A stretch of DNA of 64,000 nucleotides from Strigamia acuminata (Eukaryota). The notes below the pieces were generated by a model. That model did no database searches, was not told where the DNA came from, and was given only the letters and a program-made list of their open reading frames with translations. Positions 1 through 11,596 of this stretch are shown here, in pieces (position 1 is the first letter of the stretch; every line of letters starts with the position of its first letter). The DNA lies in assembly GCA_949358305.1 (NCBI GenBank), contig OX442314.1, forward strand, positions 2,914,001 through 2,978,000. Reading direction: 5' to 3'. A program made the position numbers and the translations under genes.

Positions 1-190
1 TCAAAGAAATTGAGAATGTGGTCAAATATTACTCAAAAATAATCAAAACAACATTCAAATTCAAATTCAAGTTGGTGTTTATTAACAGTCAATACAACTT
101 AACCGACGGCAGAATTCACTCGTTGTTTCAAACCAATTCAAAGTACAATCCGATTCGTTCGTTGAAATCACGAAATTCGACAAAATGGCT

Positions 191-223
191 CCTCGCCTCG
201 CCTCGCCTCGCCTCGCCTCGCTC
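191..223. repeat. (CCTCG)n microsatellite, one per unit (one repeat shorter before copy 13)
   Basis: cctcgcctcgcctcg... read directly from the sequence. Confidence 0.9.
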
Positions 224-519
224 GAAGCTCTTCACCCGATCAGCTCATATCATGTAATGGCACCATCCTGTGCTCACAACAACCTTAAATACACTACACT
301 ATATATACCTAGGTAAATACAGACCTATACTTATATAATAATATACACTTTTATACCTAACTACAAAAAAGTAGGCTTAACAACAACATGCATTTCAATG
401 GGAATCTGGGAACAAGTAGCGAATATGACGTCGAAAATTGCGCTCCATCATCCGAGATCATCACCTCAGCTTTGAGAATAACTAACAGCTAAAATCGTTG
501 AAATTTTCAAATTTTCAAA

Positions 520-610
520 CTCTATCAGCCAATAGGACGAACGTTTCTAATTCCAACTTTCCTCTCTCGCCTACAACCGATCGACCGCAAATCAAGAAAA
601 TCGCCATGGC
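520..610 (+). promoter_or_regulatory. Putative core promoter / 5' leader of the array gene (repeated in every unit)
   Basis: AGCCAATAGG CCAAT-like box near 527-536 and a Kozak-like gccATGG at 603-609. The segment is conserved in diverged copy 13. Confidence 0.35.
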
Positions 611-2428
611 TGCAGCACGAACAACGAACGGTATTAGAAACATTTGGACAAGGCATACGCACCTCAAGGTAAGGAAAACACCGTTTTAGCACTTCTCGAG
701 AGAGATACGAAACCGGTACTGTATATTTTTGCTCAAGAAAATGGTAAATAAAAAGTTAAATCCTATTTGGCACATTTTGTTTCGATCGGGGCCCCAAAAA
801 ATGGCTTTGAAATGACATGTTCGCAACATTTCTAAGCAAAACAAATGCATTTGCAGGCGGGCAAATGCATTTGCATGGGAAATAAATTTATTTTGAGCTT
901 GGAAAAATGTGTTTTCACGCAAAATGATGCATTTGTATGTGAAATAATTTTATTTTGAGCTGAAAAAATGTGTTTTTACGCAAAACAAAGCATTTGCATG
1001 GAAAATAATTTTATTTTGAGTTGAAAAAATAGTGTTTTCACGCAAAACAATGCATTTGTATGGGAAATAATTTTATTTTGAGCCGAAAAAAATGTGTTTT
1101 TATGCAAAACAGTGCATTTGTATGGGAAATAATTTTATTTTGGGCCAAAAAAAATGTGTTTTTATGCAAAACAATGCATTTTCAGACAATTTCAAAATTA
1201 AAAAGTTGAAGAAATTTAAATCTTGTATTTGCATTTAGGAAGCCAGAGCCTGCGTCGCCTGACTCCGTACGAGAAACACTTTTTAGCCAAACGCCTCCCG
1301 TTGAACTTCCCCATCACCACCGCCATCAGGTTCGTGACGGACGACATCTACTGGCAAAAACGATGCCTCAACCTGTGGGAGATCTGCGACTTGACGCGCT
1401 ACTACGGCTCCTGGAAAGTGATGTGTCTGCAACGCACCATCGAGCAGCTCATCGAGGAATACGTGTCGGACGGCGCCGAGGAACAGCTCAAACAGCTCAA
1501 ATCGCTCATCGTGGCCGCCAACAAATTCATCAAACGCCTCACCGTCGGCCACCTCAACGCCGTGTCCACCATCGACGAAGCCAAGCGATTGACGCAGGAA
1601 GAATACCGGCTGAGCTTCGAGTCCATCTTGGCCAACCTGCCGCACTTGGAGGAGCTCAGCGTGACGTATTGCCCGAACAAATGCGGCCAGGACTTCGACT
1701 GGTTCATGTCGCGACTCACGTACGACGAGGTCAAGTCGCTGAGCGCCGCCATCATGCCGTGCTACAACCTGCGCGTGTTTGAGCTGCACAAGAGCGAGCT
1801 GGACTGCGTCAAGATCAATTTGCTCATCCAGGGCTTGATGCATTTGCCGGCGCTCGAGTCGTTGCTGCTGCCGCACAACTTGATCGGCGACAAGGGCGCC
1901 TTTTGCATCGCCAAACTGCTCTCGTCGTCGCCGAAGCTCGCCCGCTTGAACCTCACGAACAATCAGATCGGGCCGGTCGGCGCCGAGGCGATCGCGTTTG
2001 TGCTCACAAAGAATAACTCGTTGAAGGAACTCGGGCTGCGACTGAATACGCTGCAGGAGAAGGGCTGCACGGCCCTGCTGCGCGCCATGGCCGTGAACAA
2101 GGGGCTGCAGAAGCTGAATTTGGCGTCGAACCAGATGGGGGAGAAGTCGGCCGAGATTGGCGGCCAAATACTCCGGTTTAATCGCACGCTCACGGAACTG
2201 GATTTCTCCTGCAATCTCGATATAGGAATGGTAATTGATTAATTTAAAAATTTAAAAATTATTAAATGTTTTTTTAACATTTCCAAGGTGGGTGGTGTGG
2301 ACATTTTCGAAGGACTCGAGAAGAACAGCACGCTCGTCGAGATGGATTTGCGCTGGTGCAATTGCGGCCGCGAAACTGAATATTACGTTGATCAGCTTTT
2401 GAAGAACAACCGCAATAAATGTCATTGA
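606..2428 (+). CDS. TCTE1: Dynein regulatory complex subunit 5 (TCTE1/DRC5)-like LRR protein, copy 1; exons 606-668, 1247(or 1239)-2230, 2288-2428; ~395 aa
   Basis: Motifs YWQKRC..W..C....YGSWK, CGQDFDW, HNLIGDKGA, LRLNTL and exon-3 LVEMDLR...ETEY match the TCTE1/DRC5 pattern (YWLRCC..W..C..HGGSWK, CGMNFEW, QNLIGDRGA, LRLNCI, LLEFDLR..ESEY). gccATGG start; AAG|GTAAGG donor at 669; ATG|GTAATT donor at 2231; 57-bp intron ending ttccaag at 2287; in-frame stop at 2426-2428. The first-exon join is less certain. Confidence 0.88.
864..1182. repeat. ~62-bp intronic minisatellite, about 5 copies, in intron 1 of every unit
   Basis: Repeats of atgcatttg(t/c)atgggaaataattttattttgagc..aaaaaatgtgttttt..gcaaaaca. 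Confidence 0.9.
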
Positions 2429-2741
2429 AAAAAAAAAACACAAAGAAAGAAATAAAGAAAAATCAAAATTTGTCTCTCCAATTTTTCTGTGCATTTATTT
2501 GTTTCGTTTTTAGGCCAAAAAATTCACTTTAAGGCCAAAAAAACTCACTTTTAGGCAAAAAAAAACCTCACAAAAAATAAATTTTTAGACAAGTCTGAAA
2601 ATGTATTTTTTTTTGTCTGAAAATCCATTTTTTTGTTGTCTGAAAATGCATTTTTTTTGTCTGAAAATGATTGTGCAATCACATTCTTACAATCAAAAAT
2701 GCGTTTTGTAACAAACGTTACGTTACGTCACGTCACTTCAC

Positions 2742-2988
2742 GGGCACGTTAGTTTAAGGGCACATTAGGTTAAGGGCACATTAGGTTAGGTTAAGGCCCG
2801 TTAGGTTAAGGGCACATTAGGTTAGGTCAAGGCACGTTAGGTTAAGGGCACGTTAGGTTAGGTTAAGGCACGTTAGGTTAGGTTAAGGCACGTTAGGTTA
2901 GGTTAAGGCACGTTAGGTTAAGGGCACATTGGGTTAGGTTAAGGCACGTTAGGTTAGGTTAAGGCACGTTAGGTTAAGGGCACATTAG
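2742..2988 (+). repeat. Telomere-like TTAGG-rich minisatellite (ggcacgTTAGGTTAGGTTAA / gggcacaTTAGGTTAA), one block per unit
   Basis: Read directly from the sequence; recurs at ~6413, ~10084 and so on, up to ~43122. Confidence 0.9.
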
Positions 2989-3013
2989 ATTACGATTTTG
3001 TTCAAAAAGTCAA

Positions 3014-3408
3014 AATTTATCAAAAAAATTGATAATTTGGCCGACATTTATCAAAAAAATTGATAATTCGGCCGACATTTATCAAAAAAATTGATAATTC
3101 GGCCGACATTTATCAAAAAAATTTTGAATTTGGTCAAAATTTATTTATTTATTCCAAAAACTGAGTATTTGGTCAAAATTTATTTATTCCAAAAATTGAG
3201 TATTTGGTCAAAATTTATGTATCAAAAAAATTTTGAATTTGGTCAAAATTTATTTATTCCAAAAAGTGAGTATTGGGTCAAAATTTATTTATTCATTCAA
3301 AAAATTGAGAATTTGGTTAAAATTTATTTATTCATTCAAAAAATTGAGAATTTGGTCAAAATTTATTTATTTATTCATTCAAAAAATTGAGAATTTGGTC
3401 AAAATTCG
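3014..3408. repeat. AT-rich minisatellites: 30-bp (catttatcaaaaaaattgataattcggccga) x3, then 35-43-bp (aatttggtcaaaatttatttattc..aaaaattgag) x~8; one set per unit
   Basis: Read directly from the sequence; these explain the repetitive ORFs LVKIYLFIQKIEN. Confidence 0.9.
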
Positions 3409-4254
3409 GAGGAAATTTACAAAACAGTTTAAAATTTACAAAAACCGTTTGAAATTTTATCAATGTCATCAAAAATCGCAATTCATCAAAATCTTATCTC
3501 AAACACTCGAAATTGAGCAATAAAATTGAGAATTTGGTCAAAATTAAACAAATTCGGAAAAAATTTGCAAAAACCGTTTGAAATTCGTTCGCAATTCATC
3601 CAAAAAATGAAGAATTTGGTCTCAAATTTGAGGAATAATTATTCGAAAATTCAAAGAAATTGAGAATGTGGTCAAATATTACTCAAAAATAATCAAAACA
3701 ACATTCAAATTCAAATTCAAGTTGGTGTTTATTAACAGTCAATACAACTTAACCGACGGCAGAATTCACTCGTTGTTTCAAACCAATTCAAAGTACAATC
3801 CGATTCGTTCGTTGAAATCACGAAATTCGACAAAATGGCTCCTCGCCTCGCCTCGCCTCGCCTCGCCTCGCTCGAGCTCTTCACCCGATCAGCTCATATC
3901 ATGTAATGGCACCATCCTGTGCTCACAACAACCTTAAATACACTACACTATATATACCTAGGTAAATACAGACCTATACTTATATAATAATATACACTTT
4001 TATACCTAACTACAAAAAAGTAGGCTTAACAACAACATGCATTTCAATGGGAATCTGGGAACAAGTAGCGAATATGACGTCGAAAATTGCGCTCCATCAT
4101 CCGAGATCATCACCTCAGCTTTGAGAATAACTAACAGCTAAAATCGTTGAAATTTTCAAATTTTCAAACTCTATCAGCCAATAGGACGAACGTTTCTAAT
4201 TCCAACTTTCCTCTCTCGCCTACAACCGATCGACCGCAAATCAAGAAAATCGCC

Positions 4255-6077
4255 ATGGCTGCAGCACGAACAACGAACGGTATTAGAAACATTTGGACAA
4301 GGCATACGCACCTCAAGGTAAGGAAAACACCGTTTTAGCACTTCTCGAGAGAGATACGAAACCGGTACTGTATATTTTTGCTCAAGAAAATGGTAAATAA
4401 AAAGTTAAATCCTATTTGGCACATTTTGTTTCGATCGGGGCCCCAAAAAATGGCTTTGAAATGACATGTTCGCAACATTTCTAAGCAAAACAAATGCATT
4501 TGCAGGCGGGCAAATGCATTTGCATGGGAAATAAATTTATTTTGAGCTTGGAAAAATGTGTTTTCACGCAAAATGATGCATTTGTATGTGAAATAATTTT
4601 ATTTTGAGCTGAAAAAATGTGTTTTTACGCAAAACAAAGCATTTGCATGGAAAATAATTTTATTTTGAGTTGAAAAAATAGTGTTTTCACGCAAAACAAT
4701 GCATTTGTATGGGAAATAATTTTATTTTGAGCCGAAAAAAATGTGTTTTTATGCAAAACAGTGCATTTGTATGGGAAATAATTTTATTTTGGGCCAAAAA
4801 AAATGTGTTTTTATGCAAAACAATGCATTTTCAGACAATTTCAAAATTAAAAAGTTGAAGAAATTTAAATCTTGTATTTGCATTTAGGAAGCCAGAGCCT
4901 GCGTCGCCTGACTCCGTACGAGAAACACTTTTTAGCCAAACGCCTCCCGTTGAACTTCCCCATCACCACCGCCATCAGGTTCGTGACGGACGACATCTAC
5001 TGGCAAAAACGATGCCTCAACCTGTGGGAGATCTGCGACTTGACGCGCTACTACGGCTCCTGGAAAGTGATGTGTCTGCAACGCACCATCGAGCAGCTCA
5101 TCGAGGAATACGTGCCGGACGGCGCCGAGGAACAGCTCAAACAGCTCAAATCGCTCATCGTGGCCGCCAACAAATTCATCAAACGCCTCACCGTCGGCCA
5201 CCTCAACGCCGTGTCCACCATCGACGAAGCCAAGCGATTGACGCAGGAAGAATACCGGCTGAGCTTCGAGTCCATCTTGGCCAACCTGCCGCACTTGGAG
5301 GAGCTCAGCGTGACGTATTGCCCGAACAAATGCGGCCAGGACTTCGACTGGTTCATGTCGCGACTCACGTACGACGAGGTCAAGTCGCTGAGCGCCGCCA
5401 TCATGCCGTGCTACAACCTGCGCGTGTTTGAGCTGCACAAGAGCGAGCTGGACTGCGTCAAGATCAATTTGCTCATCCAGGGCTTGATGCATTTGCCGGC
5501 GCTCGAGTCGTTGCTGCTGCCGCACAACTTGATCGGCGACAAGGGCGCCTTTTGCATCGCCAAACTGCTCTCGTCGTCGCCGAAGCTCGCCCGCTTGAAC
5601 CTCACGAACAATCAGATCGGGCCGGTCGGCGCCGAGGCGATCGCGTTTGTGCTCACAAAGAATAACTCGTTGAAGGAACTCGGGCTGCGACTGAATACGC
5701 TGCAGGAGAAGGGCTGCACGGCCCTGCTGCGCGCCATGGCCGTGAACAAGGGGCTGCAGAAGCTGAATTTGGCGTCGAACCAGATGGGGGAGAAGTCGGC
5801 CGAGATTGGCGGCCAAATACTCCGGTTTAATCGCACGCTCACGGAACTGGATTTCTCCTGCAATCTCGATATAGGAATGGTAATTGATTAATTTAAAAAT
5901 TTAAAAATTATTAAATGTTTTTTTAACATTTCCAAGGTGGGTGGTGTGGACATTTTCGAAGGACTCGAGAAGAACAGCACGCTCGTCGAGATGGATTTGC
6001 GCTGGTGCAATTGCGGCCGCGAAACTGAATATTACGTTGATCAGCTTTTGAAGAACAACCGCAATAAATGTCATTGA
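4255..6077 (+). CDS. TCTE1: TCTE1/DRC5-like gene, copy 2 (Pro variant YVPDG)
   Basis: Same exon/intron structure as copy 1; main exon ORF 4872-5891 intact. Confidence 0.88.
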
Positions 6078-7925
6078 AAAAAAAAAACACAAAGAAAGAA
6101 ATAAAGAAAAATCAAAATTTGTCTCTCCAATTTTTCTGTGCATTTATTTGTTTCGTTTTTAGGCCAAAAAATTCACTTTAAGGCCAAAAAAACTCACTTT
6201 TAGGCAAAAAAAAACCTCACAAAAAATAAATTTTTAGACAAGTCTGAAAATGTATTTTTTTTTGTCTGAAAATCCATTTTTTTTTGTCTGAAAATGCATT
6301 TTTTTGTTGTCTGAAAATGCATTTTTTTTGTCTGAAAATGATTGTGCAATCACATTCTTACAATCAAAAATGCGTTTTGTAACAAACGTTACGTTACGTC
6401 ACGTCACTTCACGGGCACGTTAGTTTAAGGGCACATTAGGTTAAGGGCACATTAGGTTAGGTTAAGGCCCGTTAGGTTAAGGGCACATTAGGTTAGGTCA
6501 AGGCACGTTAGGTTAAGGGCACGTTAGGTTAGGTTAAGGCACGTTAGGTTAGGTTAAGGCACGTTAGGTTAGGTTAAGGCACGTTAGGTTAAGGGCACAT
6601 TGGGTTAGGTTAAGGCACGTTAGGTTAGGTTAAGGCACGTTAGGTTAAGGGCACATTAGATTACGATTTTGTTCAAAAAGTCAAAATTTATCAAAAAAAT
6701 TGATAATTTGGCCGACATTTATCAAAAAAATTGATAATTCGGCCGACATTTATCAAAAAAATTGATAATTCGGCCGACATTTATCAAAAAAATTTTGAAT
6801 TTGGTCAAAATTTATTTATTTATTCCAAAAACTGAGTATTTGGTCAAAATTTATTTATTCCAAAAATTGAGTATTTGGTCAAAATTTATGTATCAAAAAA
6901 ATTTTGAATTTGGTCAAAATTTATTTATTCCAAAAAGTGAGTATTGGGTCAAAATTTATTTATTCATTCAAAAAATTGAGAATTTGGTTAAAATTTATTT
7001 ATTCATTCAAAAAATTGAGAATTTGGTCAAAATTTATTTATTTATTCATTCAAAAAATTGAGAATTTGGTCAAAATTCGGAGGAAATTTACAAAACAGTT
7101 TAAAATTTACAAAAACCGTTTGAAATTTTATCAATGTCATCAAAAATCGCAATTCATCAAAATCTTATCTCAAACACTCGAAATTGAGCAATAAAATTGA
7201 GAATTTGGTCAAAATTAAACAAATTCGGAAAAAATTTGCAAAAACCGTTTGAAATTCGTTCGCAATTCATCCAAAAAATGAAGAATTTGGTCTCAAATTT
7301 GAGGAATAATTATTCGAAAATTCAAAGAAATTGAGAATGTGGTCAAATATTACTCAAAAATAATCAAAACAACATTCAAATTCAAATTCAAGTTGGTGTT
7401 TATTAACAGTCAATACAACTTAACCGACGGCAGAATTCACTCGTTGTTTCAAACCAATTCAAAGTACAATCCGATTCGTTCGTTGAAATCACGAAATTCG
7501 ACAAAATGGCTCCTCGCCTCGCCTCGCCTCGCCTCGCCTCGCTCGAGCTCTTCACCCGATCAGCTCATATCATGTAATGGCACCATCCTGTGCTCACAAC
7601 AACCTTAAATACACTACACTATATATACCTAGGTAAATACAGACCTATACTTATGTAATAATATACACTTTTATACCTAACTACAAAAAAGTAGGCTTAA
7701 CAACAACATGCATTTCAATGGGAATCTGGGAACAAGTAGCGAATATGACGTCGAAAATTGCGCTCCATCATCCGAGATCATCACCTCAGCTTTGAGAATA
7801 ACTAACAGCTAAAATCGTTGAAATTTTCAAATTTTCAAACTCTATCAGCCAATAGGACGAACGTTTCTAATTCCAACTTTCCTCTCTCGCCTACAACCGA
7901 TCGACCGCAAATCAAGAAAATCGCC

Positions 7926-9748
7926 ATGGCTGCAGCACGAACAACGAACGGTATTAGAAACATTTGGACAAGGCATACGCACCTCAAGGTAAGGAAAACA
8001 CCGTTTTAGCACTTCTCGAGAGAGATACGAAACCGGTACTGTATATTTTTGCTCAAGAAAATGGTAAATAAAAAGTTAAATCCTATTTGGCACATTTTGT
8101 TTCGATCGGGGCCCCAAAAAATGGCTTTGAAATGACATGTTCGCAACATTTCTAAGCAAAACAAATGCATTTGCAGGCGGGCAAATGCATTTGCATGGGA
8201 AATAAATTTATTTTGAGCTTGGAAAAATGTGTTTTCACGCAAAATGATGCATTTGTATGTGAAATAATTTTATTTTGAGCTGAAAAAATGTGTTTTTACG
8301 CAAAACAAAGCATTTGCATGGAAAATAATTTTATTTTGAGTTGAAAAAATAGTGTTTTCACGCAAAACAATGCATTTGTATGGGAAATAATTTTATTTTG
8401 AGCCGAAAAAAATGTGTTTTTATGCAAAACAGTGCATTTGTATGGGAAATAATTTTATTTTGGGCCAAAAAAAATGTGTTTTTATGCAAAACAATGCATT
8501 TTCAGACAATTTCAAAATTAAAAAGTTGAAGAAATTTAAATCTTGTATTTGCATTTAGGAAGCCAGAGCCTGCGTCGCCTGACTCCGTACGAGAAACACT
8601 TTTTAGCCAAACGCCTCCCGTTGAACTTCCCCATCACCACCGCCATCAGGTTCGTGACGGACGACATCTACTGGCAAAAACGATGCCTCAACCTGTGGGA
8701 GATCTGCGACCTGACGCGCTACTACGGCTCCTGGAAAGTGATGTGTCTGCAACGCACCATCGAGCAGCTCATCGAGGAATACGTGTCGGACGGCGCCGAG
8801 GAACAGCTCAAACAGCTCAAATCGCTCATCGTGGCCGCCAACAAATTCATCAAACGCCTCACCGTCGGCCACCTCAACGCCGTGTCCACCATCGACGAAG
8901 CCAAGCGATTGACGCAGGAAGAATACCGGCTGAGCTTCGAGTCCATCTTGGCCAACCTGCCGCACTTGGAGGAGCTCAGCGTGACGTATTGCCCGAACAA
9001 ATGCGGCCAGGACTTCGACTGGTTCATGTCGCGACTCACGTACGACGAGGTCAAGTCGCTGAGCGCCGCCATCATGCCGTGCTACAACCTGCGCGTGTTT
9101 GAGCTGCACAAGAGCGAGCTGGACTGCGTCAAGATCAATTTGCTCATCCAGGGCTTGATGCATTTGCCGGCGCTCGAGTCGTTGCTGCTGCCGCACAACT
9201 TGATCGGCGACAAGGGCGCCTTTTGCATCGCCAAACTGCTCTCGTCGTCGCCGAAGCTCGCCCGCTTGAACCTCACGAACAATCAGATCGGGCCGGTCGG
9301 CGCCGAGGCGATCGCGTTTGTGCTCACAAAGAATAACTCGTTGAAGGAACTCGGGCTGCGACTGAATACGCTGCAGGAGAAGGGCTGCACGGCCCTGCTG
9401 CGCGCCATGGCCGTGAACAAGGGGCTGCAGAAGCTGAATTTGGCGTCGAACCAGATGGGGGAGAAGTCGGCCGAGATTGGCGGCCAAATACTCCGGTTTA
9501 ATCGCACGCTCACGGAACTGGATTTCTCCTGCAATCTCGATATAGGAATGGTAATTGATTAATTTAAAAATTTAAAAATTATTAAATGTTTTTTTAACAT
9601 TTCCAAGGTGGGTGGTGTGGACATTTTCGAAGGACTCGAGAAGAACAGCACGCTCGTCGAGATGGATTTGCGCTGGTGCAATTGCGGCCGCGAAACTGAA
9701 TATTACGTTGATCAGCTTTTGAAGAACAACCGCAATAAATGTCATTGA
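7926..9748 (+). CDS. TCTE1: TCTE1/DRC5-like gene, copy 3 (Ser variant YVSDG)
   Basis: Same structure; ORF 8543-9562 intact. Confidence 0.88.
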
Positions 9749-11596
9749 AAAAAAAAAACACAAAGAAAGAAATAAAGAAAAATCAAAATTTGTCTCTCCA
9801 ATTTTTCTGTGCATTTATTTGTTTCGTTTTTAGGCCAAAAAATTCACTTTAAGGCCAAAAAAACTCACTTTTAGGCAAAAAAAAACCTCACAAAAAATAA
9901 ATTTTTAGACAAGTCTGAAAATGTATTTTTTTTTGTCTGAAAATCCATTTTTTTTTGTCTGAAAATGCATTTTTTTGTTGTCTGAAAATGCATTTTTTTT
10001 GTCTGAAAATGATTGTGCAATCACATTCTTACAATCAAAAATGCGTTTTGTAACAAACGTTACGTTACGTCACGTCACTTCACGGGCACGTTAGTTTAAG
10101 GGCACATTAGGTTAAGGGCACATTAGGTTAGGTTAAGGCCCGTTAGGTTAAGGGCACATTAGGTTAGGTCAAGGCACGTTAGGTTAAGGGCACGTTAGGT
10201 TAGGTTAAGGCACGTTAGGTTAGGTTAAGGCACGTTAGGTTAGGTTAAGGCACGTTAGGTTAAGGGCACATTGGGTTAGGTTAAGGCACGTTAGGTTAGG
10301 TTAAGGCACGTTAGGTTAAGGGCACATTAGATTACGATTTTGTTCAAAAAGTCAAAATTTATCAAAAAAATTGATAATTTGGCCGACATTTATCAAAAAA
10401 ATTGATAATTCGGCCGACATTTATCAAAAAAATTGATAATTCGGCCGACATTTATCAAAAAAATTTTGAATTTGGTCAAAATTTATTTATTTATTCCAAA
10501 AACTGAGTATTTGGTCAAAATTTATTTATTCCAAAAATTGAGTATTTGGTCAAAATTTATGTATCAAAAAAATTTTGAATTTGGTCAAAATTTATTTATT
10601 CCAAAAAGTGAGTATTGGGTCAAAATTTATTTATTCATTCAAAAAATTGAGAATTTGGTTAAAATTTATTTATTCATTCAAAAAATTGAGAATTTGGTCA
10701 AAATTTATTTATTTATTCATTCAAAAAATTGAGAATTTGGTCAAAATTCGGAGGAAATTTACAAAACAGTTTAAAATTTACAAAAACCGTTTGAAATTTT
10801 ATCAATGTCATCAAAAATCGCAATTCATCAAAATCTTATCTCAAACACTCGAAATTGAGCAATAAAATTGAGAATTTGGTCAAAATTAAACAAATTCGGA
10901 AAAAATTTGCAAAAACCGTTTGAAATTCGTTCGCAATTCATCCAAAAAATGAAGAATTTGGTCTCAAATTTGAGGAATAATTATTCGAAAATTCAAAGAA
11001 ATTGAGAATGTGGTCAAATATTACTCAAAAATAATCAAAACAACATTCAAATTCAAATTCAAGTTGGTGTTTATTAACAGTCAATACAACTTAACCGACG
11101 GCAGAATTCACTCGTTGTTTCAAACCAATTCAAAGTACAATCCGATTCGTTCGTTGAAATCACGAAATTCGACAAAATGGCTCCTCGCCTCGCCTCGCCT
11201 CGCCTCGCCTCGCTCGAGCTCTTCACCCGATCAGCTCATATCATGTAATGGCACCATCCTGTGCTCACAACAACCTTAAATACACTACACTATATATACC
11301 TAGGTAAATACAGACCTATACTTATGTAATAATATACACTTTTATACCTAACTACAAAAAAGTAGGCTTAACAACAACATGCATTTCAATGGGAATCTGG
11401 GAACAAGTAGCGAATATGACGTCGAAAATTGCGCTCCATCATCCGAGATCATCACCTCAGCTTTGAGAATAACTAACAGCTAAAATCGTTGAAATTTTCA
11501 AATTTTCAAACTCTATCAGCCAATAGGACGAACGTTTCTAATTCCAACTTTCCTCTCTCGCCTACAACCGATCGACCGCAAATCAAGAAAATCGCC

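Noticed and set aside
438..486. LRSIIRDHHLSFENN reading resembling the TCTE1 N-terminal RRIIAED motif
   Set aside because: It ends in a stop, has no donor site and is not conserved in copy 13; likely chance.
1283..2167. 294-aa minus-strand ORF and 139/117/66/83-aa overlapping ORFs in every unit
   Set aside because: Shadow frames of a GC3-rich coding exon; no recognisable motifs, and the boundaries coincide with the DRC5 exon.
1223..2242. 339-aa single-exon gene model from the ORF track
   Set aside because: It starts at a TTG inside intron 1 and ends in intron 2. Splicing at 2230/2288 supplies the conserved C-terminal LRR.
2742..2988. True telomere
   Set aside because: Short, interrupted by GGCAC motifs and internal to each repeat unit.
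3014..3408. CRISPR-like array of 30-40-bp repeats
   Set aside because: No unique spacers, no cas genes, and a eukaryotic intron-containing context.
3091..3523. 99-aa and 96-aa ORFs with LVKIYLF repeats
   Set aside because: Translations of AT-rich minisatellites; their lengths change with repeat number after copy 12.
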